In this document: positions 8,794 to 18,997 of the stretch, piece after piece
Numbering within the stretch: the first letter of the stretch is position 1
Layout of the letters: the number at the start of each line of letters is the position of its first letter
Assembly: GCA_021787335.1 (NCBI GenBank)
Contig: JAJYMC010000062.1
Location: 90,181 to 154,180 of the forward strand
Source of the DNA: Bacillota bacterium
Lineage (GTDB): Bacteria; Bacillota; Sulfobacillia; JAJYWN01; JAJZPE01
Direction of reading: 5' to 3'
DNA: 64,000 nucleotides
Notes under the pieces: generated by a model
What the model was told of the DNA's origin: nothing
Database searches by the model: none
What the model saw: only the letters and a program-made list of their open reading frames with translations
Made by a program: the position numbers and the translations under genes

Positions 8794-9330
8794 TTGGGAG
8801 CGCGGCACAAGAAGGTCATCATCATCGGGTCGGCCGGGGCGGGCAAATCCACGCTGGCCAAGCGCCTCGGGCCACTTCTGGGGCTGGGGGTCTTCCACCT
8901 CGACGCCCTTTTCTGGAAGCCCGGGTGGGTGCAGACGCCCAGGGACGAGTGGCGCGCCCTGCAGCAGGAACTGCTCGCCCGCGACTCGTGGCTCATCGAC
9001 GGCAACTACGGCAGCACCCTGGAACTCCGGCTGGCCGCCGCCGACACGGTCATCTTCATGGATTTCCCGCGTTGGCTATGCCTCTGGAGGGTGTTCAACC
9101 GCCGCATCCAGTATCGAGGGCGGACCCGGTCCGACATGGGCCCCGGTTGCCCGGAACACATCGACTGGGAATTCTTTCGATGGGTCTGGCGCTTTCCCCT
9201 CGTCGAACGTCCGGAGGTCCTCTGGAAGCTGGACCAGTATGCGCGGGGGAAGACGGTCTACCACCTGCGGTCCCCAGCCGAGGTCCGGCGGTTCCTGGCG
9301 GAGATAGAAGCGCGACCGGGCGCTGGGTGA
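8794..9330 (+). CDS. P-loop NTPase, adenylate-kinase/topology-modulation-protein-like
   Basis: Walker A IIGSAGAGKSTLAKRL near the N-terminus; 178 aa. TTG start at 8794 preceded by GAGGAG. Confidence 0.6.
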   Translation: MGARHKKVIIIGSAGAGKSTLAKRLGPLLGLGVFHLDALFWKPGWVQTPRDEWRALQQELLARDSWLIDGNYGSTLELRLAAADTVIFMDFPRWLCLWRVFNRRIQYRGRTRSDMGPGCPEHIDWEFFRWVWRFPLVERPEVLWKLDQYARGKTVYHLRSPAEVRRFLAEIEARPGAG

Positions 9331-9383
9331 TATTGGCAGGATTTCCCGCCGGCCGTGGTGAAGACTCGGGACCATGAAGGCGA

Positions 9384-11162
9384 ATGCCGGGTAAGGCCGT
9401 CTCTCGGGCGGCCGTCATAGCCATCCTCGTTCTTCTCGGCACCCTGACATCCGGCTGCCGAGGTGGCCCCGCCATGCCTGTCACGCGCCCCAAGGGGAGC
9501 CCCGACAGCGGGGTCCTCATCTATTGGCGGGGCGCCAATCTCCTGGCGCTGGACCTGGCCTCTTGGACGGAGACCAGGGTGGCCACGGTCAAAGGCGTGC
9601 GGACGGCGGCCTCTGCCGGGGATGGCTCACGCATCGCGGTTCTGAGAGACGCCTCCGCCAGCGCCATGCGCCGGCAACTGGTGCTGATCGACCGCACGGC
9701 GAACAGCGTGCGCCGAATCCCGTGCGCGGCCGACGCCTGGGGGATACAGTGGTCACCTGACGGCCAATACCTGGCCGTCGAATCGGGCCCGCCGGGCGGC
9801 GGCCGGGTCGCTATCTACGAGGCCAAGGACTGGCGGCTGATTGCTGAAGCCGACCAGACCAACGGCCTTTTCTCATTGGACAACCGGTTCTATGCCTACA
9901 CGTTCGCGGCCGACCCGGGGTCGTCGCCCGCGGGAGTCCGGGCATCGGGCATCGGACTGCTCGACCTGAACGAGAAGGCCGTGGCCAAGAGGACCCTCTT
10001 TGACGGCCGCGATGGTTACGCCTACAGGGTTCGGGATTGGGTCCCCGAGGGCCTGATCTACGAGCGTCTCCCGGTGCAGGCCGGGGGCCAAGGTCAGGCC
10101 GCTCAGGGGTCCACCGGGCCGACCGTCGAGCACGGGCTGGTCACCCCGCAGGGTGAAGTCACCGTCTTGCGTCCCAAGGACCCGTGGCTTCAGTCGACGA
10201 CGCTAGTGGGGGCCGCGGAGAAGGTCGCCGCCCGGTACCCTGACGCCAGCCCCCAGACCGACCTCTCCAGAGACCGACGCTGGCTACTCTTCACCTGTCC
10301 GATTGACGGGGAGGAGTGGGTCTTCGCCTGGAACATGAGAACGGAAACCGAACCCGTGGCCTTGGCTCCCGGGCAGAGCGGCGCCTGGCTGAAGGACCCG
10401 CGAGGGGAGCCGGAACCTTCCACCTTCCCGTACTATCAGCTGAAGCTCAACGAAAGGTATATGATCCTGTCCACACGCGACGTCGGTGGAGGCGACAAGC
10501 TCCTGGAGGTCACCGGCGACTGGCCGGCGCCTGACGATTCCCTCAGGATCTACCACTACTACATCTACGACGACGCCACCGGCCTGTACTACGGAATCCT
10601 TGGGGAAGGCGACAACGCCCGTTTCGTCCGGCAGGACGGGGCCCGGCTCATCTTCCGAGCCTACGACCTGTTCGGTACGCCCGGCATCAGCTTCCCCTAC
10701 TACGAAGACGTCTTCGACCTGGAAACCAAGACGTTGGACCGCCGGCCCATGTTCCTGCCGCTCAACCAGGTCGTGGAGACCGGCTTCATGGTGCCGTGGT
10801 CACGGGTCATCACGGGGGTCTCCCGCAGCCAGGGCGCCTTCACCCTAACGATGAAGATGGTCGATGGCGTGGCGCCGCCGGGTAGCTGGTCGCCGCCATG
10901 GAGCGTCAGCTCCTATGATGAAGGGGCCGGGGAGTTCACGCTGACCATGCGCCGGACGGCCCTCGGGCCTGGCCTAAAGGCCAACGAGGCGATGTGCCTC
11001 GGCACCGGCGATGGGCCCGCCGTGTCGGTCCTCTTCAGGCCCGATGGGCAGTCCCTGAAAGCCATCTTCAAGGTCGGCGCCCCAGCCGTTTGGCGACCCG
11101 GGCCGATCCGAGATGAAGGGGGTCAGGCCTTCTGGGACTTGACCTTCAAGCCGGCGCCCTGA
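9384..11162 (+). CDS. Lipoprotein with TolB/WD40-like beta-propeller N-terminal region and unknown C-terminal domain
   Basis: Lipobox LGTLTSGC; repeats of the type WSPDGQYLAV; 592 aa. Confidence 0.55.
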   Translation: MPGKAVSRAAVIAILVLLGTLTSGCRGGPAMPVTRPKGSPDSGVLIYWRGANLLALDLASWTETRVATVKGVRTAASAGDGSRIAVLRDASASAMRRQLVLIDRTANSVRRIPCAADAWGIQWSPDGQYLAVESGPPGGGRVAIYEAKDWRLIAEADQTNGLFSLDNRFYAYTFAADPGSSPAGVRASGIGLLDLNEKAVAKRTLFDGRDGYAYRVRDWVPEGLIYERLPVQAGGQGQAAQGSTGPTVEHGLVTPQGEVTVLRPKDPWLQSTTLVGAAEKVAARYPDASPQTDLSRDRRWLLFTCPIDGEEWVFAWNMRTETEPVALAPGQSGAWLKDPRGEPEPSTFPYYQLKLNERYMILSTRDVGGGDKLLEVTGDWPAPDDSLRIYHYYIYDDATGLYYGILGEGDNARFVRQDGARLIFRAYDLFGTPGISFPYYEDVFDLETKTLDRRPMFLPLNQVVETGFMVPWSRVITGVSRSQGAFTLTMKMVDGVAPPGSWSPPWSVSSYDEGAGEFTLTMRRTALGPGLKANEAMCLGTGDGPAVSVLFRPDGQSLKAIFKVGAPAVWRPGPIRDEGGQAFWDLTFKPAP

Positions 11163-11447
11163 ATGGCACCAGTTACCAACGGCGGCCTCTGGTCGGACAA
11201 GCCTCACGTCGTCCTGGAGGAGCCCTTCTGGGATGAGGGGACCCGAACCGCGACGACGCGGTACTTCATCATCGACGCCGGCGCGGGCGAGACAACTCGG
11301 TACGCCTCCAGCTACCAGGCCTACACGCCCCAGGAGTATGTGGCGACCCTGGAGCGGGTAGGCTTTGCCCGGGTCCGCCTATTGGAAGGGGTCGGCGGCG
11401 CGCCGCCGTTCCCGGGGATGATGGGCTTCTTGGCGGAGCGCCCCTAG
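11163..11447 (+). CDS. Small hypothetical protein (94 aa), start overlaps upstream stop (TGAATG)
   Basis: MAPVTNGGLWSDKPHVV...; the C-terminus resembles the tail of class I SAM methyltransferases (YTPQEYVATLERVGFARV). It could be a gene remnant. Confidence 0.3.
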   Translation: MAPVTNGGLWSDKPHVVLEEPFWDEGTRTATTRYFIIDAGAGETTRYASSYQAYTPQEYVATLERVGFARVRLLEGVGGAPPFPGMMGFLAERP

Positions 11448-11474
11448 CAGGGTCCACGGGGGGAGAGACGGACG

Positions 11475-13271
11475 GTGGGCGAGAGACGCAGCCGGTCGTT
11501 CAGGGGAGCGCTGCCCGCGATCAGGTTCAGCTTGGGGGCGATCTTCGCCGGTGCGCCCCTGGAATCCGTGGGCATCGTGTTGCTTGGCCTCTTGGCCTCT
11601 CAATTCTCCATCGCGGGCTCCTGGGTTCAGGCCCTGATCATCGACACAGCCGTGAAAGCGCTGCAAGGCGGGGCCACCCTGTGGGTCTTCGCCATGCCGC
11701 TATCGCTCCAACTGGCCTTGGCCTTCGTCCAGCACATTCATTCATGGATGGCATCCGCTTCGGGGTCACTGCTCAACCTCAAGGTAGGAAACGCCCTTGG
11801 GCTCAAAGCCGTTGGTAAGACCGCGGCCCTCGATCTGGCGGCCCTCGAGGACCACCGGCTCCAAGACAGCCTGATGATGGCGGACTTCAGCGCAGCGGTC
11901 GCCTCGGCCCTGCCGACGACCCTCATCGAAGTCCTCAAGGGGTTCGTGGCCTTACTCGTCACCGCCCTTCTGCTCTGGCGGTTCGATTACCGGGTCGCGG
12001 TGTTGACCATCCTGGCCTGCCTGCCTTCGCTCTGGTCGAACCTCACCCTGGGGAACACCTCGTACCAGGTCGAGCTGGCCAAACAGCCGGAGACCAGGAA
12101 GAAACTCTACCTGGGCTCGCTCTTCCGCTCACCGCTCACGGCCCAGGAGATCAAGGTCTACGGGCTCCGAGACTACCTTCTTGGCAAATACTCCAAGGTC
12201 CAGACGGCTCTGACCGACCTCGAGCGTTCGATGGTTGGGAAGCGCAACGTGGTTACTTTCGCGACGTCGGCCGTCAGCAGCCTGGCCTACCTGGTCGCGC
12301 TCCTGCTCGTCATCCGAGGCATTCTGGGCGGGCGAATCACCATCGGCCAGCTGACTTTCTACTCCTCCCTGGTCATACAGGCCCAGGGGCTACTGAATCG
12401 GATCGCCTACCTGACTGGGAGCCTCTTCGAGATATCACTCAGGGTCGACCAGTTCGTGTCGGTGCTCGCGCTGACCCCCGCGGTCACCTGGCCCAAGACA
12501 GACACAAGGATCTCAAGCGCCCCGCGTGTGGAGTTCCGCGGGGTGTCGTTCCGTTACGCATCCGGTCAGAAGGACGCGCTGGCTGGACTCAACCTGTCCC
12601 TGGCCCCGGGCGAGCGGCTGGCCATCGTGGGGGAGAACGGCGCCGGCAAGTCCACCCTGGCCAAGCTGTTACTGAGGTTCCACGACCCGACCGAGGGACA
12701 GATCCTCGTGGACGGCGCCGACCTGAAGAGCTTGGACCTGGAAGGTTACTGGCAGGGCGTGGGCTACCTGCCCCAGGATTTCACCCGCTACGAGATGACG
12801 GCCCGAGAGAACATCGCCTTCGGACAGGTGGCGAGCTTGAACGACACGGAGTCGCTCCTGCGGGCCGCCGACGCCTCGGGCATCCGGGGCCGGGTTGAAA
12901 GCTTCCCGGAGGGCCTGGAAACCGTGTTGGGCACGATGTTCGAAGGGGGGCACCAGCTGTCGCCGGGTGAGTGGCAGAGGCTGGCCCTGAGCCGGGTTTT
13001 CCTGCGCACCACGCCGCTTCTCGTGATGGACGAGCCGACGAGTTCCATCGACCCGCACCAGGAGGCCGAGATCCTGAACCACATCCTGGAGCTCTCCTCG
13101 GGAAGGACCGCGGTCATAATCTCGCACCGGATGGCCCTGGCCAGGGTGGCGGACAGGGTGGTCGTTTTGGAGAGCGGCCGCGTGGCCGAGGAAGGTACCC
13201 ACGACCAACTGATGGCCCTTCGAGGGGTGTACCACCATCTGTTCACGTCTCAGGCCCAATGGTATGCGTAG
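11475..13271 (+). CDS. ABC transporter, fused permease/ATP-binding exporter (MsbA/MdlB-like type I exporter)
   Basis: Six-TM N-terminal half; Walker A GENGAGKST, signature LSPGEWQRL, Walker B LVMDEPTSSID. GTG start at 11475. Confidence 0.8.
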   Translation: MGERRSRSFRGALPAIRFSLGAIFAGAPLESVGIVLLGLLASQFSIAGSWVQALIIDTAVKALQGGATLWVFAMPLSLQLALAFVQHIHSWMASASGSLLNLKVGNALGLKAVGKTAALDLAALEDHRLQDSLMMADFSAAVASALPTTLIEVLKGFVALLVTALLLWRFDYRVAVLTILACLPSLWSNLTLGNTSYQVELAKQPETRKKLYLGSLFRSPLTAQEIKVYGLRDYLLGKYSKVQTALTDLERSMVGKRNVVTFATSAVSSLAYLVALLLVIRGILGGRITIGQLTFYSSLVIQAQGLLNRIAYLTGSLFEISLRVDQFVSVLALTPAVTWPKTDTRISSAPRVEFRGVSFRYASGQKDALAGLNLSLAPGERLAIVGENGAGKSTLAKLLLRFHDPTEGQILVDGADLKSLDLEGYWQGVGYLPQDFTRYEMTARENIAFGQVASLNDTESLLRAADASGIRGRVESFPEGLETVLGTMFEGGHQLSPGEWQRLALSRVFLRTTPLLVMDEPTSSIDPHQEAEILNHILELSSGRTAVIISHRMALARVADRVVVLESGRVAEEGTHDQLMALRGVYHHLFTSQAQWYA

Positions 13272-13320
13272 TCCCCTTAGGCGTCCCGGAGGCCAGACAT
13301 GGCCAAGCCCCCCACTGCAC

Positions 13321-13363
13321 AAAAGCAAGCCCTACGGCTTCAGGCCGTAGGGCTCATTTGATT
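13321..13363. terminator. Bidirectional intrinsic terminator between convergent ABC exporter and EamA genes
   Basis: A-run, then gccctacggc-ttcag-gccgtagggc (perfect 10 bp stem) at 13329..13353, then tcatttgatt. Confidence 0.6.
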
Positions 13364-13389
13364 CCAGGCCAAGAGGCGGGGAGGGTAGG

Positions 13390-14404
13390 TCAGCTTTGTC
13401 CACCGGGCGCCGGCCTGGCCTTCGCCCGCCTGACGACGGTCACGCCGACCAGGATGACGAGCACGCCGACGAACCGCAGGGTCGTCCACTTCTCGGCGAG
13501 CAGCCAGTAGGCGAAGACGCTGGTGGTGATGGGGGTCAGGTTGTGGAAGGCGCCGGTGCGGGCCGGCCCCAGGCGCTCCACCCCGTAGCTCCAGACGATG
13601 TACGGTCCGACGAGGCCGAGGGCGCCGGAGAAGAGGAACGCGGCCCAGGCGAGCGGGCCGATGGCCGACCAGTCCTGCTTGGCGAACTGCGGCAGGGTCA
13701 CGAGGACCAGGGCGATGGTCCCGAAGAGCATCGTCCAGGCGGTCAGCTTGGTCGGGCTGTAGCGGCCGCCCGCGCCGTCCTGGTCGCCGAGGAGCGGCTT
13801 CGATGAGATGGTGTAGACGGCCCAGCAGAAGACGGCGATGAAGGTCATCAGGTCGCCGCGGACCGAGGCCGCGCCGAAGGAGAAGGACTTCTCGGCCCCC
13901 ACGGCGACGATGACCACGCCGGCGGCTCAGGGCGATGCCGGTCCAGGCCGCCCGGCCCAGGCGGTCGTGGTTTGAGAACGTGCTGAGAAGGGCGATGCTC
14001 ACCGGCGATGTGGCCATGATGAAGGCCGTGTTGCCGGCGGTCGACAGGCTGATGCCCGTGATCCAGAGCCACTGATAGATGAAATGGCCGGTCAGCCCGA
14101 CCGCCGCGATGACCAGCAGGTCCTTGCGGGGCAGGACCATGGCGCGACGGCCGCCGCGCCGTCCCTCGGTCAGCCACATCACGAGGAAGATGAGGGCCGT
14201 GGCGTAGACGAAGCGGAGCGAGTTGAAGACCATGGGCTGGAACTGGCTCACCGCGTACTTGATGGCCACCGAGTTGAGGCCCCACGAGATGGTGACCAGG
14301 ACGAGCAGGGCGTCAAGAGGGCCGAGGGGCACGGACGCTGAGCCCGGCGCCGGCCGAACGGCTGGCGCTTCAGGCTGAGCTGATGGTGCGGAAGATGGCG
14401 TCAT
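13390..14404 (-). pseudogene. EamA/DMT-family transporter, frameshifted (or sequencing error) near 13925
   Basis: The N-terminal half (LDALLVLVTISWGLNSVAIKYAV...) is in one frame (ORF 13340..14419). The C-terminal half (VIVAVGAEKSFSFGAAS...LLAEKWTTLRFVGVLVILVGV) is in another (ORF 13390..13917). Removing one C in ctgagccgccggcgtg restores ...IALSAGVVIVAVG.... Confidence 0.5.
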
Positions 14405-14452
14405 TACCTGATGGTTCAACTCCGTCTTGGCCGCGGTCCGGTTGCGCGACGA

Positions 14453-17400
14453 TCAGGGCAGGGACGACGCCCAGATGACGATGGCATTGCCCTGCGGGGT
14501 GCCGCCCAAATCGCGGAGGATGGTGGCCGCCTCGCTGGACGCGACCGGCGCATCATCCCATGATTCGACGGCGACCTTGAGCCTCCTGTCTCGGCCACGT
14601 TCCGAACCTCTGAGGAACGCCGTCGCCATGTGCTTGACGGCGGTGGCCAAGAGGGCGTGGTCCGGTATTGCATCCGGCTCTGGGGCCACCGGCGCCAGGC
14701 GCTTGCCGAAGTTCTCCACGGCCAACACGGGGCGGGCCCCGGAGAAGACGATATAGTTGCCGGAGACGCGGCTCACCGGGCAGGTGCCGGGGGCGATGGC
14801 CGGGTCGAGGGCGGAAAGCATCCGAAGGGGGGCGGGTTCGGAGGCGGACGCGGGCTCGTGGCCAAGCGTGGGCGCAGCTTCGGCCTCGCCAGCGGCTTGC
14901 CCCTGGGATTGCTCCCGCAGCCTTTCGACGGCATCGGGCCAGGCGAACTGCGGCCCCGATAGGCCGTTGACGAAATACCCCTGTCGAACACGACCAAGGA
15001 TCTCCTCGCGCTTGAGCACGGCGATGACATCGGACCATGGGGCCGGGTCGTCTTCGGCGGCCATCAGCTCGCGGGCCCCGACGCCGTAGCGATCGAGGAG
15101 GGCGGTGGCCCAGAAGGTCGCGGCCTCACCGGACGACCGCACCGGCCACCAGCGCCCGGTGGTGCCGGCCTGAGCCTTGCGCCGGGCGGGCGCGGCCAGG
15201 AGGCGGGCCGGGGCGAAGGTGTCGTTGGAGACCTTACCGGCCCCGACAAGCCGCAGTAGCGAGTCCACGACGGTCACGGCCGGCAGGCCCGTCGAGGCGG
15301 CGATGGCCCCGGCGAAGGAAGCCCCGTGTTCCTCGAGGGCTCGTAGGACGGCCGCATCCACCTGGCCGGACTCGGCTCCACGGGTCGGCTCCGATTCCTC
15401 GGTGCCGGAAGCCGCCGGCGGGCAGATGGAGCCGACCGGGAAGAAGGCCACTCGCCCGCCGCGCCCGGCCACCCAGGCGAACTCGCCCGCGGCCAGTAGA
15501 CCGTCGAGCCAGATGGGTTGGTAGCCCGGGATCCTGGCCGGCAGGACGTCGCGCTCCCAGGCGTCGACAGGGAGGGCCAGCCCGCGCAGGCGCGACAGGA
15601 CTTCCTTCAGACGTTCGGGGCCGGTCGACCCGAAAGACCCCACCGACCCCGTCGACCCGACCGGCCCGACCGTCGGAAGCAGCCGGGCCATCAGGAACCG
15701 CTGAAAAGCCCGCGGCGCGATGGGTTCCATCTGGTGCCTGAGGATGCCCAGGGTGCGCCGGTGCATCTGCTGGAGGACGTCGCTGTCGCACCACTCGCGG
15801 CCCTCGACGTCGGGGGTGAACTCGCCAGCGACCACCTCGCCCTCGGCCTGCAGGACGGCCAGGGCTTCGCGGACCCAGGCCGGGTCGAAGCCGTATCGGG
15901 CCTGGATCTCCGAAGGACGGAAAGGCCCGTGTGTTCTGGCATAGCGGCGGACGACGGTCTCGCGCGCCGAAACCGCGCCGCCGAGGGCGTCGTGATAGAG
16001 CGGGGCGTCTTCGGCGGTCACGAAGCGGACCGCTGTCTCGGCCGCCGAGCCAGGAAGTGCCGCCGGACCGGGCGTGGCCGTCACCGACGGGAACTCAATG
16101 GCCACCGCTCGCCGGGCGTCCACGAGCTGCTTGATGAGGTCCGCCGCCGGGGTCGTGCCCTCGACCCGTTCGGCCAATTCATCAAGGCTGAGGTCGCCCA
16201 CGTGGCGCAGGAGGTCGTGGACCTCGTCGGCGGTCCGCGCCCGCCGGCCCTCGGCCCGCCGCTGCAGCCAGTCGACCGTGTCGGTGATCGCCCGTGGCTC
16301 CAAGAGCTCCCGCAGGCCGCTTGAGCCCAGCGCCTCGCGGAGGACCTCCCGGTTGACGGCCAACATCTGGCTGCGTCGTTCGGCCTTTGGGGTGTCGTCG
16401 CCGTACATGTTGGCCCCGATGAAACGGAAGAGGAGGTTGGCCGCAAATGGGGACGGGACGGCCGTCTCCCGGGTCTCCACGGCGACCTGGCCGCTCTCGA
16501 TGGACCTGAGAACATCGACCAGGTCGCCGACATGAAGGACATCCTCGAGGACTTCTCGGTAGGCCTCAACGGTCACCGGGTAATCCGCGTGCCGCCGAGC
16601 CGCCTGCAGCAGGTCACCCGCCCGCAGACGTTGCAACCACATCGGCGTGCGTTCGCCGGCCGCGCCCTTGGTCAAGACCAACGCCCGCGCCGCGGCGTGC
16701 CGGAACGACGTGCCGAAAAGCGCCGAACCAGCCAGATCGTGCAGAATCAGTTCCTCGGCGTTGGCCGAGTTGACTCCCTCCAGGGGGAAGCCCGGCGGGA
16801 AGCCCGCCACTCCCTCCCCGACGGAGTGGGTCAGCCGGAAAAGCATCCCGTCATCGCCGTAGACGCAGTCGACGACGAGGCCGTGCTTCTGGCGCAGGCG
16901 CCGAAGGATGGCCATGCTCCAGGCGGCGTGGACCGGGCCGCCGAAGGGCGTGTGGACGATGACCCGCGGGTCGCCCACCTCGTCCTTGAACCGCTCGACG
17001 ATGATCCGCCGGTCGCCGGGCAGGCCCGCGGCCGCCCGCTGGTCAATGATGTACTCGGCCAGGTTGGCCGCCGCCCTGGGCTCGCAGGCGGTCTCGTTCT
17101 CCAGCCATGTGGTCACCGCCTCAAGGCCCGCGCCAAGCCGCTCCTCGGCCTCGCGGACGAAGCGCCCGACCTGCCGGCCCAGTTCATAGGGGCGCCCGAG
17201 GCCCTCGCCCTTCCAGAACGGGATCTTCGCCTCGCGCCCCGGGGCCTCGCTGACGAAGACCCGGTCGCGCTCGATGGACTCGATCCGCCAGGGGGAGCTG
17301 CCGAGCCAGAAGACCTCGCCGAGGCGCGACTCGAAGACCATCTCCTCGTCCAATTCGCCCAGTCGGACGCGGGTGCCCTGGAGGTAGACCGGGAAGAGGC

Positions 17401-18997
17401 CGCGGTCGGGGATGGTCCCGCCGCCCCGGATGGCCAGGAGCCGCCCGCCCTCGCGCCCCCGGACGACGCCGTTCTCCTTGTCCCACGTTATCCGGGGCTT
17501 CATCTCGGCCAAGTCCCCAGCCGGGTCGCGGCCGCCCAGCATCTCCAGGACGGCTTCGAACCCATGGCGCGACAGCTCCCGGTATGGGTAGGCGCGACGA
17601 ATCAGGCGGAAGAGGTCGTCCACCGGCCACTCGTCAACGGCGGCCATGGCCACGATCTGTTGGGCCAGGACATCCAGGCAACCGCGAGGCACGCGGGTCG
17701 TCTCGACCTCGCCGCGGAGCATCTCGCGGGCGATGGCCGCCGCCTCCAGGAGGTCCGAACGCTGCTTGGGAACGACGCGGCCCTTGGCCGACGCCCCGAC
17801 CAGGTGCCCGGCCCGGCCGACCCGCTGCAGCCCGCGCGACACGCTCTTCGGCGACTCGACCTGGACGACAAGGTCGATGAAACCCACGTCGATGCCCAGT
17901 TCCAGCGACGAGGTGGCGACGAGGCAGGGGAGACGGCCCTCCTTGAGGTCCCGCTCGACCTGCTCCCGCGCGGCCCGGGACATCGAGCCGTGATGCGTGC
18001 GGGCGACTTCGGCCGCGCCGCCCGACGCGGCCGCACCGCCCTGCCCCTGCCAGCCTTCGGCCGCCGCCAGCTCGTTGAGCTTCAGGGCCAGCCGCTCGGC
18101 CAATCGCCGGTTGTTGACGAAGACCAGGGTCGAGCGGTGGGCCTTGATCCACTCGTAGAGGCGCGGGTAGACCGTCGGCCAGATCGAGCCCTCCGGCAAC
18201 ACGCGCAGGTCATCGACGGTCACCGTGACCTTGAGGTCCAGGTCCTTGCGGCGCCCGGCGTCGATGATGCTCACCGGGCGCGGCTCGCCGCCCTCCGGGT
18301 CCAGGCCGCCCAGGAACCGGGCGATCTCCTCCAGCGGCCGCTGGGTGGCCGAGAGCCCGATGCGCACGGGCTTTCGGGCCAGGGCCTCGACCCGTTCCAG
18401 GGACAGGGCCAGGTGCACGCCGCGCTTGGTCCCGGCCATGGCGTGGATCTCGTCGACGATGACCCAGCGGACCGTGGTCAGCATCCGGCGGGCCTGGCCG
18501 GAGGTCAGGATGAGGTAGAGGGACTCTGGTGTGGTGATGAGGATGTGTGGCGGCTTCTTCAGCATCGCCCGGCGCGCCTGGGCCGGCGTGTCCCCGGTCC
18601 GCACGGCCGAGGTCAGCTCGGGCAGCTCATGGCCGAGCCGCCGTGCCGTCCGGGCGATGCCACGCAAGGGCAGCTCCAGGTTGCGGTGGATGTCGTTATT
18701 CAGGGCCTTCAGCGGCGACACGTAGAGCACTTGGATGCCCGAGAGGTCGCGGCCGGCCTCGCCCTCCACGTAGAGCTGGTTCAGGCAGGCCAGGAAGGCG
18801 GCCAGGGTCTTGCCGGACCCGGTCGGGGCCAGAATCAGCGTGTTTTGGCCGGCGGCGATGGACGGCCAGCCCATGGACTGGGCCGGCGTGGGCCGCCCGA
18901 CGTTCTCCTCGAACCAGGCCCGAACGGCGGGGTGGAAGGGGTCCAGGGCGGCCTGTTGCGCCGACCCTTCAAGGTTCGGCCGATGGTCTTGGCTCAT
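14453..18997 (-). CDS. lhr: Lhr-like large ATP-dependent helicase (superfamily 2, DEAH)
   Basis: 1514 aa. N-terminus PAVRAWFEENVGRPTPAQSMGWPSIAAGQNTLILAPTGSGKTLAAFL, DEIH motif and long Lhr-type C-terminal extension. Confidence 0.85.
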   Translation of the reverse strand: MSQDHRPNLEGSAQQAALDPFHPAVRAWFEENVGRPTPAQSMGWPSIAAGQNTLILAPTGSGKTLAAFLACLNQLYVEGEAGRDLSGIQVLYVSPLKALNNDIHRNLELPLRGIARTARRLGHELPELTSAVRTGDTPAQARRAMLKKPPHILITTPESLYLILTSGQARRMLTTVRWVIVDEIHAMAGTKRGVHLALSLERVEALARKPVRIGLSATQRPLEEIARFLGGLDPEGGEPRPVSIIDAGRRKDLDLKVTVTVDDLRVLPEGSIWPTVYPRLYEWIKAHRSTLVFVNNRRLAERLALKLNELAAAEGWQGQGGAAASGGAAEVARTHHGSMSRAAREQVERDLKEGRLPCLVATSSLELGIDVGFIDLVVQVESPKSVSRGLQRVGRAGHLVGASAKGRVVPKQRSDLLEAAAIAREMLRGEVETTRVPRGCLDVLAQQIVAMAAVDEWPVDDLFRLIRRAYPYRELSRHGFEAVLEMLGGRDPAGDLAEMKPRITWDKENGVVRGREGGRLLAIRGGGTIPDRGLFPVYLQGTRVRLGELDEEMVFESRLGEVFWLGSSPWRIESIERDRVFVSEAPGREAKIPFWKGEGLGRPYELGRQVGRFVREAEERLGAGLEAVTTWLENETACEPRAAANLAEYIIDQRAAAGLPGDRRIIVERFKDEVGDPRVIVHTPFGGPVHAAWSMAILRRLRQKHGLVVDCVYGDDGMLFRLTHSVGEGVAGFPPGFPLEGVNSANAEELILHDLAGSALFGTSFRHAAARALVLTKGAAGERTPMWLQRLRAGDLLQAARRHADYPVTVEAYREVLEDVLHVGDLVDVLRSIESGQVAVETRETAVPSPFAANLLFRFIGANMYGDDTPKAERRSQMLAVNREVLREALGSSGLRELLEPRAITDTVDWLQRRAEGRRARTADEVHDLLRHVGDLSLDELAERVEGTTPAADLIKQLVDARRAVAIEFPSVTATPGPAALPGSAAETAVRFVTAEDAPLYHDALGGAVSARETVVRRYARTHGPFRPSEIQARYGFDPAWVREALAVLQAEGEVVAGEFTPDVEGREWCDSDVLQQMHRRTLGILRHQMEPIAPRAFQRFLMARLLPTVGPVGSTGSVGSFGSTGPERLKEVLSRLRGLALPVDAWERDVLPARIPGYQPIWLDGLLAAGEFAWVAGRGGRVAFFPVGSICPPAASGTEESEPTRGAESGQVDAAVLRALEEHGASFAGAIAASTGLPAVTVVDSLLRLVGAGKVSNDTFAPARLLAAPARRKAQAGTTGRWWPVRSSGEAATFWATALLDRYGVGARELMAAEDDPAPWSDVIAVLKREEILGRVRQGYFVNGLSGPQFAWPDAVERLREQSQGQAAGEAEAAPTLGHEPASASEPAPLRMLSALDPAIAPGTCPVSRVSGNYIVFSGARPVLAVENFGKRLAPVAPEPDAIPDHALLATAVKHMATAFLRGSERGRDRRLKVAVESWDDAPVASSEAATILRDLGGTPQGNAIVIWASSLP

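Noticed and set aside
11163-11447. Interpreting the 94 aa ORF as a complete SAM-dependent methyltransferase
   Set aside because: It has only C-terminal-tail-like similarity and no motif I (GxGxG) segment; it was kept as a low-confidence small ORF or gene remnant.
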